Below, piece by piece: positions 1-14,130 of a stretch of 64,000 nucleotides of DNA. The stretch lies in NCBI RefSeq assembly GCF_009914755.1, contig NC_060925.1; one strand, given 5' to 3'. The stretch's first letter is position 1, and each line of letters starts with the position of its first letter. The position numbers were made by a program, and so were the translations under genes. Below the pieces are notes generated by a model. It did not search any database and was not told the DNA's origin. It was given only the letters and a program-made list of their open reading frames with translations. This DNA is from the human T2T-CHM13v2.0 reference genome, Homo sapiens.

Positions 1-68
1 CCTCCCTCCTTTCCTCCCTCTCGGATCATCTGCTTCCCTACTTTAGTTGTCACCTCTCTCCAACTCAC

Positions 69-126
69 ATTTGATCAGCTTTACCACTTCCAGGTGTGAG
101 CTATTGGTCACCATGGTGCCGTTGAC
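69..126 (-). CDS. ARHGEF11: ARHGEF11 coding exon 5 (58 nt): VNGTMVTNSSHLEVVKLIK(S)
   Basis: Acceptor TGTTTGTCCCTCCAACAG| and donor AAT|GTGAGT. Contains the PDZ VNG...H..VV alphaB motif. Confidence 0.97.
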
Positions 127-187
127 CTGTTGGAGGGACAAACAGTATTGAGTAATGGTAATGAACAGCTAGGGGATCCTTCTGTAA

Positions 188-503
<316 letters not shown>

Positions 504-1276
504 CAAAATGCCATGTTTTTAGGAAGCCATTTTCCAATGCTCTTTAGCCTCCTCTGGTCACTTGTTTACTCAAGTCACACTATGAATTTGTTCTGTTTGT
601 ATCTGCTATTTGTTCTGTCTCTCCAGCTAGCCTATGAGTTTTCAAGGACAAGACCTGTGTCTTCATTCCTTAATTTGTTCATTCATTCACTTATTTTTGG
701 TATACACTTTTCTAACCATTTGCTTCACACACATGTGAATGTCCACTGACCCAGTGTGCTTCCTCATTACAGAGGACTAAGAAGTCTCTGCATCTAGGAT
801 TTCCTTAATGCACCCCACTATGTTGCCCAGGCTAGTCTTGAACACCATTCTGTCGAAGAAAGGTCTGAACGACCAGGGCAGGTTATAGTAGTTCAGAATG
901 GGCAAAGACCCCAGGTTGGCATTATATGGAGGAAAGAATATCAACCTGAGAATTGAAGTCTTGGATCCTTCACTAGTTACTAACCCTCCCTCTTAATCTT
1001 ATTTTGGTCATTTGTGAAATAAGAATAATAAAACTTGTTCTAGAAGCTTGGTTGCTTTAGAGTCAAGAAAGGCCTAAAATGTAGAACACAGCTATCCTCC
1101 TCCTCACTCTCTCTCATGCTATACCACTGTGCTCCCTCGTATGGTACCACTCCTAACTCAGTGGCTGCCTGGCAGTTGGTATCAAGATGAAAGTGTGCAG
1201 GATGGGCCAAGGCCAGGAGTGCCCTGCACATCTATTTCCACTGCTGGGAGTGGGAGTGTGTGTTGGGGTCACTCAC

Positions 1277-1326
1277 TTTGATGATCCGGTCGCCCTCTTT
1301 CACACCGGCCTTCATGGCTGCACCTC
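1277..1326 (-). CDS. ARHGEF11: ARHGEF11 coding exon 4 (50 nt): (G)GAAMKAGVKEGDRIIK
   Basis: Acceptor CCTTCTCCTTACAG| and donor AAA|GTGAGT. Contains the PDZ G-D-x-I motif. Confidence 0.97.
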
Positions 1327-1878
1327 CTGTAAGGAGAAGGCCTGGTCAGCAGTGCCCAACAACCTCTTCCACTGAAGCTACACGAAGGTCCCTGTCAGAT
1401 CACCTCTCCTCTGAAATTTCCTCTTATTTCTCTGTGTTAAGTATCTCAAATTCTGGGTGTACTTCCTATTCTACTCCAGTGACACAACTACTTTTAAGCT
1501 AGAGTGAACTATATAAGGTCCCATCTCCTGCTCTTCCTTTCACCTAAATAAGATGCCAGACTTCTGATAGCCAGGCCAAGGCAGGAGCGAGGCAGGGCCA
1601 GGCTCTGGGAAGAGCACGTGTGCTTCATTCGAGTGTATCTGGATATGTTCCAAGGTCAAATCAGTTATATTCCGGGGGGGGGGGGGGAAATGAGTTTACT
1701 GTATGAAACATAATTGTTAAAATAATAATTAAGAGAAATTCAGAGAAAAGGATTAAAACAAGAGTTTCCTAAGTCCTGAGAGGTTCATAAAGATATTCTC
1801 GGTATTCACATCATTAAAGACAACTGTTTTCTTTCTTTTAAAAAAACTGTTTTAAGCCATTTACAGTTTCTCCCCTCC

Positions 1879-2195
<317 letters not shown>

Positions 2196-2239
2196 TAAAA
2201 TGGACCAAATTAAGAGCTTCTGATGGTGACTGACTGTGA

Positions 2240-2632
<393 letters not shown>

Positions 2633-4046
2633 TGACTTATATTCCTAGTTTAATTTACATCCAGGAAGCACAAAAAACACTAAAGCCAAAACAAGTTAAT
2701 GAGAAGCATAAAAATTACATATTGTACATTTGCCCCAACGTGATCATTAAATCTTTAAGTTGCATTCCTCTGATCAAAACAAAACTCCCACAAAGCCCAT
2801 CTAAATGTTTCTACTCTAAAAAGAAAAATTCAGTGATGACTACATTCCAATTTGGCTTTTCAATACTGGGACTCAAGACTACCCTCAGCTAAAGTGTGCT
2901 ATTTATGGAAGAGTACTTGCAAATAGCTTGAAATTCCCTCTTATACGTTCATTTAGAAACTAACGTTAAAGACAACAGAACTATCTTGCCTGAATGTATG
3001 AAACACGTGAGGTGACTTCTAATAACTTAGTGTTTTTTTTTTTTAAACTAAACTCTTCAGAGTTAAGGAACTTGAGCAGAAATTCTCAGACTTCAGCAAG
3101 CCTGAGAATCACTGTGGGAATTTTTAAAAAGTGTATTTCTTGGACCTCTTGCCAGAAAGCAATTCAGTGCTTCCGAGGTCAGCCCCAAGAAAAAGGATTT
3201 CAATCATCTTGGGCTTAGGTGATTCTAATACAGGCAGAACACAGACTATACTTTGACAGTGAATTAAAGAAACCTAATATGTATCTGGAAAAGATAACCG
3301 CTGCTTTGTTACTCTTGTGACTTCAATGCCAATCCAAATGAAGTCTCTTTTACTCTCCTCCCCAACACACACATGCACACAGGGATGCATGCATGCACAC
3401 ACACACAACTCTCACACACACAGACTCTAGAACTCATATTCTCCCTGTAAGCCATCTTTTCCTTCTTTCTTCTCTGGGTCTGACTCTGCTCAGCCTAAGA
3501 GAAGGAAGAAGGTAAAGGAGAGCTGAACCTTGACTTCACTGGAGGGGATCCCATACACATTTTCTGTACCAGATAGACCAGCAGAGGAAAAGTACAAGTT
3601 ACTGGCAGTTCCACTAACTCTGTCTCACCCTAGTCCAGGAACCCTGAGAAATAAGAGAAGCAAATAATAAAACTATCTTTTTAGAGCTTCACCCCAGGAT
3701 ATGCAAAACAAACCTCCCACTGATATAAGTTTACTCCCAAATATAAGAAGCCATACTTATTTATATCCTTATATGATCCACATACTCATTTTGGTCATAC
3801 ATTTGAAATTCTCTTTTCACCTTTCCTGTGAACATATCTCATATCTTCCTCCAAAATCAATGCAAGTATATTTTCCCTCCTGCTCTGCACTATCAGGAAA
3901 CCTGCTCCCAATCCCTTCCTTGTGCTCTTGTTTAAGCCAAGCCTAGGATGCTCCATGTCACCAGCCCAATGCTACTTACTGCACTGAAGTTCACTCCTTT
4001 TAGGGACACTTCTTTACCCTTTAAGGACTCTCCCACACCCACTGCC

Positions 4047-4361
4047 TTTCTTTTTTTTTTGTTTTTTGTTTTTTGTTTTTGAGACGGAGTCTCGCTCAGT
4101 CACCCAGGCTGAAGTGCAGTGGCACGATCTTGGCTCACCGCAAGCTCCGGCCACGGGTTCATGCCATTCTCCTGCCTCAGCCTCCCGAGTAGCTGGGACT
4201 ACAGGCGCCTGCCACCACGCCTGGCTAATTTCTTTGTATTTTTAGTAGAGACAGGGTTTCACCATGTTAGCCAGGATGGTCTCGATCTCCTGACCTCGTG
4301 ATCCGCGAGCCTCGGCCTCCCATAGTGCTGAGATTACAGGCGTGAGCCACCACAGCTGGCC
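4047..4361 (-). mobile_element. AluY-like SINE
   Basis: Y-type motifs GCAAGCTCC and GTTAGCCAGGATGGTCTCGATCTCC. Confidence 0.88.
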
Positions 4362-5178
4362 ACCCATCGCCTTTTTGATTGTCTTCCTCAGCCTGGACCA
4401 CCAACAGTGGTTCCACTACCTGGCATATGCTAGAGTTTTGACTGTTCACACCCCTTCTATACACAATTGGTAACTTGATGGATTTGGCTATGATGCCCAC
4501 CCACTCTTCACTTCCTTCCCACCAAATTCCTATCCTGCTGATTTGCTTTTCATTTCCATCTTTCAAACTACTTCTAAAATCCTGTTTCTTTTAAGAGGGC
4601 TTCCCAAATGATCACAAGGAAAATGACTATGCCTCAAATCACAAACTACTCAAACTTCCAAACACCATTTCCCCTGACATCACATCCAACATATATCATT
4701 CATCTGTTGGTAATTTATTATTTAATGTTAATTGTATCAGCAAATGTGCTCTGTAATCATTTGGACCATTGTGCCTGTCTCAGGTTATAAACCTCTGTAG
4801 AAAGTGACCATCTGTGCACTTAGCCAGGTAATGTGGAGGTAAATATGAAGAAAGGGGGCCTTTGATTCCTCCATGGAATCTTGTGACCCAGTATGAGGGG
4901 CTCCCTTCGATGGCAATCAGACATCTGCCTGATGATGACCTGACAGCTATTCTGCTGGTTTTTCACTTTCCAGCTAGGGAAGCGAGCATGAGGTGCAATC
5001 TCTAGAAATTCTGCCTGGGGGCTTAGCATTGAAGAGGCTTCCCCACGCACCCATGGAGAACCAGTTCTAGAGTAATTCATTCATGCCCCACAGGAAAGCA
5101 CAGGTAGAATGGCACTGTCACATACATGGTGGCTTTGCAAGAACTGTCCACCGTGGGCAGGAGGGATGCAGCACTCAC

Positions 5179-5277
5179 CAGGCCGCACAGACTGCACCAG
5201 AACAATGCGATCCCCACTGACTGTGAAGCCGAAGCCATGCTGGTCCTTTTGGATAATGACACAGCGTTGAACGAGAC
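5179..5277 (-). CDS. ARHGEF11: ARHGEF11 coding exon 3 (99 nt), start of PDZ domain: (G)LVQRCVIIQKDQHGFGFTVSGDRIVLVQSVRP(G)
   Basis: Acceptor CTTTCTCTCCGCCTTCCAG| and donor CTG|GTGAGT. Contains the PDZ GFGF carboxylate-binding loop. Confidence 0.98.
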
Positions 5278-5800
5278 CTGGAAGGCGGAGAGAAAGGTTG
5301 AGTACGCAGTGTCACTGGGAGGTTAGTGTACACATGCCAAGACCAACCCAGGGAAGCCCCAGTGCCTTTCTTCTTCAAGAAGCCTTTTCACACTAAACAA
5401 ATTCCCTAGACTATTCCTGTCTAAACACTATTGCAATGACACGCCTCCCTTGGTGGTTGGCAAAACCTATAACTTAACTTTGTATTCCAAATAAGAAACT
5501 ACCCTTCTCTGAGGTGCTAAAATGCTTGTCTCTCACAAACATGTCTGTCCCTTTTGGTGTGCCCGGGTGAGACTGGTCAAAGAAGGGGTAGGACCAGGTC
5601 TAGCCATCCTCCTGAAGACTAATATTACCAATAAGGAGCCTCCCAGGATTGAAGCCCAAGTGAGCCTAGAAGTTACATGTTAAGTGACATCCAATGAATG
5701 CAGCAAGTGGTATACCAATGCTTGTTGATTCTTTTTATAGAGCTGGATAACTCATGCAGGGTGACTTAGGAGTGGTCTCTTGCCAAATCTAGGGAAGGAC

Positions 5801-5859
5801 ACATGACAAGAAGAAAACCCTTTTATTTCTGAAATAAAAGGGTTTTCTTCTTGTCATGT
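5801..5859. repeat. Perfect inverted repeat (29-bp arms, 1-nt spacer)
   Basis: ACATGACAAGAAGAAAACCCTTTTATTTC-T-GAAATAAAAGGGTTTTCTTCTTGTCATGT. Confidence 0.97.
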
Positions 5860-6134
5860 ATCCTTTAAAAAAATACAGAATTAAAAAACAAAAAGAAACA
5901 GAGGTTATCACTACCAAATGTCTCCATTCCTGTGAGTGTATACTAGACATCGTACATGTGTATGAGTATGTGTGATTGCATCCTGCAATGATTAAAGCGT
6001 GGGTTCTAGAGTTAAAACAGAACTGGTTTCAAGTCCCCAGTAAGCTTGCGAACTTGGACATATTTCTTAACCTCTCTGTGCCTCAGCTCCCTCATTTGCA
6101 AAATAAAGATAATAAAACCTAGTTTCTATGTTGA

Positions 6135-6889
<755 letters not shown>

Positions 6890-6921
6890 TGTTTTTGTAT
6901 GTTAATGCCCAAGGAGGTTAC

Positions 6922-7013
6922 CTGTTGTCTCAGAGGCATCCGAAGGCTGGCGATGGTGGGAAGGGGACTTGCGCTCTGGTGCAGAATCTCCCAGAGAAGA
7001 CAGGCTACTTAAC
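6922..7013 (-). CDS. ARHGEF11: ARHGEF11 coding exon 2 (92 nt): (R)LSSLSSLGDSAPERKSPSHHRQPSDASETT(G)
   Basis: Acceptor CCTTACTCCTTCTCCAG|GTTAAG and donor CAG|GTAACC. Phase 2 in, phase 1 out, in frame with the next exon. Confidence 0.96.
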
Positions 7014-7338
7014 CTGGAGAAGGAGTAAGGAAAGCATGTCAATGAGCTCAGCAGGGGGGATCAGCCTTGTAGTAGATGGAGGCTCTGTCAAAAGGGGCCC
7101 TGAGTCTTGGATAATGAGAGACCAACCTACCCGCCCTGTAACCCAATCTGGTAGGACATTAGCCATGTGTACACCACTGGTAACACCACCTATCTGGAAT
7201 CCTGGGCTGGCAGGGCAAGCATGATCTCTTTAATACCCAGCAAGGTGTGAAGGGAAATAACCCTTCCTGGAGTTAGGCGACAAAGAGACAATAGCAAGAA
7301 GGGGATGTGCACACGTGTACATGCTTGTTGGGTCTTAC

Positions 7339-7353
7339 CAGGCTGCAATGGGG
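7339..7353 (-). CDS. ARHGEF11: Alternative microexon (15 nt) in intron 1: (S)PIAA(W)
   Basis: Branch point ACTAAC (7423-7428), AG-free pyrimidine tract with UGC motifs, CATCAG| acceptor, CTG|GTAAGA donor. 15 nt and open in phase 2. Confidence 0.8.
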
Positions 7354-8039
7354 CTGATGGAACAGAACGGAGCAGCAGAGAAAATGAATGCAAGAAAAAG
7401 ACAGGGAAAAAACAAACAGCCAGTTAGTTTTAGGCAATGATTTGCAAAGGAAGGGGAGACTGGAGGGAAGGACGAGGTGGGTCAAACACATACAGAGGTC
7501 TGCATGAGCACAACATGTGGCTGTAGTGGTGGCAGCAGAGACAAGCTCCCCATTTAGCTTCATCTCTTTGTCCCTCAAAGTTCCACCTCTCCATAACAGT
7601 GATCTCCAGGAGGGTAAATGGGCATGAGTATAAGCCCGCTGGGTAACTGGCAACTTGCACACTTTCTAGAAAAGACAGTAGAGGAACGGCCCAAGCCTTT
7701 GAAAATTCCATTTATCCTTTGGGTACCATGGGAGGACAGGAATCTGGTCTGTTTGGCGGTAGTATTCCAACCCCATATTCAGCTCCAGTCCCTCAGCCAG
7801 CCTGAGGCACCTCGCCTAATTAGAAACTACTAAAGACCCCAAACCTTCAAGTGGTACACATCACCAAACCAAAGGATTCACTGCTTCATCTCCTCTTCAA
7901 CTAGGACCCTCACAGGAATAGAAGAAATTTCAATAACTGCTGTGGCACTCCTTTTTGGAAAAGTGTACAAGTTGCAAGTTCCTGAATCAATAGTTGCTGC
8001 CCCTCAGAAAGGGGCAATTCCTATCCTACCTATAGCAAA

Positions 8040-8495
8040 AGACTAAGTAGAAGGCTACTCATGGAAGCACTGTGTGTGATGGCAAAGCACTGGAAATAAT
8101 CTAAATGTTCACAATGAGTGACTGGTTAAATAAATTACAGTAATACAATGACACAGAACTCAGTCATAAGAAAGAATGAAGAGGCTCTTTATACATGATA
8201 CAGAATATCTCCATGATATGTTACTGAGTGAAATAAACAAAATATAGAATTATTTGGACAGTTTAAAAAAGTGAGTAAAGGAGAGAATAAAATTATGTGT
8301 TTATATATGTTTAAATATTTATTTACATATCCAAAAATATCTAAAATATCTCTGGAAGAATACAAAAGAAACATATAACACAGTTGTCTCTGAGGAGGGA
8401 AACTGGGTGGCTGGGGCACAGGAATGGAAATGCAGGCTTTTATTATATTCTTTGGTACTTTTAATGTTTGAAACCATGTGAGGGTACAAGTAACT
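8040..8495 (+). mobile_element. Old L1M (ME-like) 3' fragment
   Basis: Degenerate L1 3'UTR motifs (CTAAATGTTCACAAT, TTAAATAAATTACAGTA, AAGAATGAAG, TATGTTACTGAGTGAAA). Confidence 0.6.
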
Positions 8496-8549
8496 TATAA
8501 ATATAAAGGAGTGGGTCTTCGTTCCCCCTCACAATGGCACCCCTCTTAC

Positions 8550-8582
8550 CTGGACAGGTGAGACTGCTTTTTACTGGCTGAT
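8550..8582 (-). CDS. ARHGEF11: Alternative cassette exon (33 nt) in intron 1: (R)SASKKQSHLS(R/S)
   Basis: About 119-nt AG-free pyrimidine-rich tract (8585-8703), AAG| acceptor, CAG|GTAAGA donor. 33 nt and open in the phase-2 frame required by exon 2. Confidence 0.8.
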
Positions 8583-11500
8583 CTTTGGATCAGAGAGAGA
8601 AGGACATCAAGGAAGAAGAGAGCGTGGGCCCAGGAGAGAGCAACGCAGGACAGGAGGAAGAAAGAGAAAGAAAAACAAAACACGACATAAACCAGACAAG
8701 ACACTAGGGATGGTTGGTTCGAAGAAAAACCACAACAGAGCCAAGAGTGACCCAGGGGAGGCACCTGGCCACAAGGTGAGCTTACTAACAGCCATCAGCT
8801 TTCTAACATCCAAATTTACCCATGTCATTTTGCTGCTTAAAACCTTTTAGAACCTCCCCACTGTACTTGGGAGAACAGTCATCTGGCCTCAGCTAGGCCA
8901 TTCGCCACAGCATCTAACAGGAAGTATAATGCCTGATGCCCGGGGAAGTGCCCTTTGATGTTTTCCACAGCTCCCAGTATCTGTCCTTCCTGCAGCTCAA
9001 ATACCCAACTGAAAATGCGCTGTTCACTTGTCTGTAAAGCCGTACAGACAGGCAAGGTTGGAAGGTCCATGAAAGCAGAGAGGGTCTTGCTGCTGTGTCC
9101 CCAGTGCCTGACGCAATAGGGAGGGGCTCAGTCCTATTCTTGGTCCCTGCTCTTTACTGTCCTCCTTTCACTTGCTATGGTTTCTGGCTTCTGTCTCTGC
9201 CTATACTGTTCCTTCCTCCTACATGTTCTGCCTACTTTATTCTCTATGACTGCACAGGGCTATCCACGCTGGGCTTGAACTCCTCCTCCTTCCTACCTAA
9301 AGAGAAAGCCCATCTTATCTTGGGACACCTCGGGCCTTCTTGCCTTGTTCTTGACCCCACCAGGAAGCTGGTTTCCTATGCCCATATTAAAGCCTAGAAG
9401 GTGCATCTGAACCTGAGAACCTGATTTGGTTTGCATTTGAGCTGAGGCATGAGCAGTTCCACATAATCAAAGGCAAATGAACCAAAAGGTCCATGTCCCT
9501 GCTGTCAACAATTGTTAGGGGCATGGACAAAGACCATTTCAGCAGTAACCAAAAGTTTCTCTAAAATAAAATCAGAGGCTAGGGCAGGTATGTGGGGGAC
9601 AAGGAGATGGCAACGTAAGTATACTTGCAACAGATGCAAAAAAAATTTTTTTTTCTGAGAGCTTAAAGGAGAGAAAACTACCATTGAACTGAAGGAGGAA
9701 GAAATGCCTATGGAAGGCAGGCCTGGTGGATAGAATCAATGGACAGACTATTGTGTCAGCTGGGTTGTGAGTCTGAGCACATATTTGGGAGGAAGACCTT
9801 GGAAGGTTAAAAATCTGAGAAACAAGGAAAGGAGAGAGGAGGGTAGTTTGGCCTGAAATGGAGGCTGTCATAGATAGAAAAGATTTTAATGGTGGCCCCT
9901 CCCTTTTCCTGAGGACATTCTCATCAAAATTTGGCAGCAGAGCTCAGATTCTGCTCAGCCTAAACCTGGGGGTATGGAGGCGGCCCTGAGGAGTGGAGAA
10001 TTTCCCCCCAAATTTGTACTCTAAATGGCACCACTGAGACAGATTTTCTGACCCAACTTCTCAGTTATCCCCTACTGCCAGTCAAAGAAACCTTTAGGTT
10101 CTTTATAATCGTTTCCCAGACTCGCTCCTTTCTTTACATAATCATTGACACTCATCCCTTGAAGCCACATGTCTAGTGCCTCATGCCTGGATTACTGAAA
10201 AAAACCTCTTTTCCACTCTCCAGTCCATCCAGCACTCCACCACCACAGACTAACTTACTCAAATACTACTCCCTCAGGCCCTCTCATCAAGAACTTATCA
10301 TTTCTCTCCTTATTATCTACACAATCAGATGTGCCTCCAATAACTTGGTATTAAAGGACTTTCATCCTGTGGACCCAAACGTCTTTTCAAATTCGTCTCT
10401 GATTACTTGCCTACTACCTACCTCTACTGGATCCTAAGCGATGCTATACTCATTCCCACCTCTGACTTGATGGTTGCCATCCCTTGTCATCTCTGTCCAT
10501 CTCCTACTACTTTTTCAAGGTCCTGATCAAATGGCATTGACTCCACAAAGCAATCCCTGACCACTGCAGCACACATTTCATTTACCCCAACATTTTATTT
10601 TGAAAAAGGTCAAACTACATTAACATTGAAGAAGTAGCATGGTGAATATCTACATGCCCTTCATTTAGATTCAGCAACTAACATTTGTAACATTTGCTTT
10701 ATCTATGTTTATACATTTTTTCTCACTTGAAAATTGTAGACATCATGACACTTTACCCCTATTTTAGCCTATATCCCCTAAGAGCATTGAAATTCTTCTG
10801 TATAACCACAATGCCATCAGCACACCCAATGAGTCTGATACAATATTATCTAATATACAGTACACATTCAAATTTCCCCAACTGTCTTATTAAGTTCTTT
10901 GTAGCTATTCCCCAATTGCCTCAGTTCAGGAGCCAATCAAAGATCTCGAATTATACTTACGTCCTGTCTCTCAGATTAATTTGATCTAGAACTCTCCCTA
11001 CTTTTCTTGGTCTTGTCTCTCATAACACTGACATTTTGCAGAGTCTAGGCCAGTAATCTTGTTGAATGTCCTACAATCTGGATTCATCTGATGCCTCCTC
11101 ACAGTTAGATTCATGTTAAACATTTTTAAGAGACTATTATATAAGTGATGTTGGATAGCTTGCCCCATTTTGGTGACGGTAGGTTTGATTACTCAGGTAA
11201 AGTGGTATTCCTGAGATTTTTTCAATGGTAAAAATCTATTTTCTCATTTGAATTAATGAGAAATCTGTGGGATGATATTTTGAGACTGCATAGATACTCT
11301 GTTTTCCAACAATCTCTCATCCAATAGTTTTACTATCCATAGATGATTCTTGCCTAAAGCGCTTATTGCACTGGTGCCTGCAAAATGGCAATTTGCTAAT
11401 TCTATCATTCCTTCAACATATATTAGCCAGTAAGCTTTTATAAAGAATGTCATCTCATCCCTTTTCTGGAGTAGTGCTATGAACTCACAGATCCTGTTTC

Positions 11501-11854
11501 CCCCGCAAAGTAATAATATATTATAGTCTATTACCCTTTAAAAAAAAAGTTTAAAATGTTCCAATTTGACCAGTGGGAGCTTCTGAAAGCCAGCTCCTGT
11601 GTCCTTTTAACATGTCACCATCTGTCTTTGATCATGTCCTTGCTTTCTGGCACAAAAAGATACTCCATGCTCACCTTGTACTTCCCCTATGCCAGACCTG
11701 GAATTAAACATTTCTCCAAGGAGCCCTGTTCCTTTTAGCAGGAAATGCATTTACAAACAAGATCTGACTGCTAGGTACTCATTGCTGCTGAGCTGTCCCT
11801 CGTTCCAGGCCCTTTTAATGGACAGAGTTAGAAAAATTTATTATAAATTTTTGA

Positions 11855-12460
<606 letters not shown>

Positions 12461-12487
12461 TAATCTGTTTTTATGTTATCAATTTGA

Positions 12488-12859
<372 letters not shown>

Positions 12860-13384
12860 TTATTTCATTTTTTGAATATATCAAACATTTACATGGTTGA
12901 AAAATCAAAATGAAATTTTAAAAGTATATTCAGAAGTGTACCTATTCTTTCTCCCCATTCCCCAAGTAATCATTTTCATTTGTTTTTGGTTTCCTTGCTG
13001 TGTTTCTTCTTGTAAAACTAAATAAATACCTATACATATTCTTATTTTCCTTTCTTCCTTACACAACAGGTAGTATCATCCCCTTTTTGCACTTTGCTTT
13101 TTTCACTTACAATATCTGTAGAGTAACTCGCAGAACTCTTCCTCTTCTTTACAATGCAGCCCGCATTGGCGCACACATTCTCCCCTCCTCCAAGGCTCCC
13201 TGTGGCCTGGTGCGTCAGTCCTGCCTATTTGCTGGAGGGCAGAGGTTGCAGTGTGGACTTCCCGGTATGCCTGAGTGCAGCACAAGGCACAGAGCAGGTG
13301 CCTTCTAACTATGCATCCACATGCTCCTCACCCCAGCCCACAGGGTGGGCGACAAAGCAAGGAGATGCTTGGTGACCTTCCAGA

Positions 13385-13680
13385 GAGCCCACATATCCTT
13401 TTTGTTGGTCTGCGGTGTGTCTGTGTGTGAATGTGTATATATATGTGTGTGTGTGTATATATATATATATTTTAAAAGTTAGTTGCTAAGCAATAAAATA
13501 CAGATTTCTGACTTCTCTTGAAAGGTCAGTCAGAAGTTCTGGCATCCTCGAGCTTACGGTCTCACATAGAGACAATCAGCTGAAAATGAGTGGTGGCAGC
13601 CCTCTCCAGATGGGCATGTCTTACCTTTCCCAGTCACCACTGCCCACAGCTTACACTGCCCACTGCTTCACTCAGACCCC
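13385..13680. mobile_element. Probable hAT-Charlie (Charlie4-like) DNA transposon fragment containing a (TG)n(TA)n repeat
   Basis: Motifs AGTTAGTTGC, GATTTCTGACTTCTCTTGAAA and GATGGGCATGT resemble the remembered consensus. Confidence 0.45.
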
Positions 13681-14130
13681 TACAAAGTATACGAGTTCGA
13701 ACTTAAGGTGGCCAAACAGGACTGGCTTCTGGAGTTTAAAGAAACAAAGAGAAGCAAATAACATCACGTCCTTTCCATCTGTCAATGGGAGGTTCCTGGT
13801 CTACTCACCCTTACGCCTACCCCATCACAAATGTGTAAATGAGGACAAGGCCTAGAACATCCACGTTCTGTGGTAATAATGATAAAGTTCTTACTACTTA
13901 CCACGTGCTGTGCTAAGCACTTGATATAACCTTATCTAATTCAATACTCACAAAAGTCTGGTGAAACAGGTAGTACATCCCCATTTTCCAGTGTGTGAAC
14001 AGAGAGGTTAAATAAATGAAGTTAAGATGTGCATAGAGTTGGTGTGACTTCAAGGTCTGTGCTCCTAAATAAAAAATTATATGACCTGTATATGCCACAT
14101 GTAGATTTGTTTGGTCTTTATTTTCTCTTT

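Noticed and set aside
8546-8764. 72-aa ORF as a standalone small membrane protein
   Set aside because: The hydrophobic part is a translated pyrimidine tract; only the last 33 nt behave as an exon.
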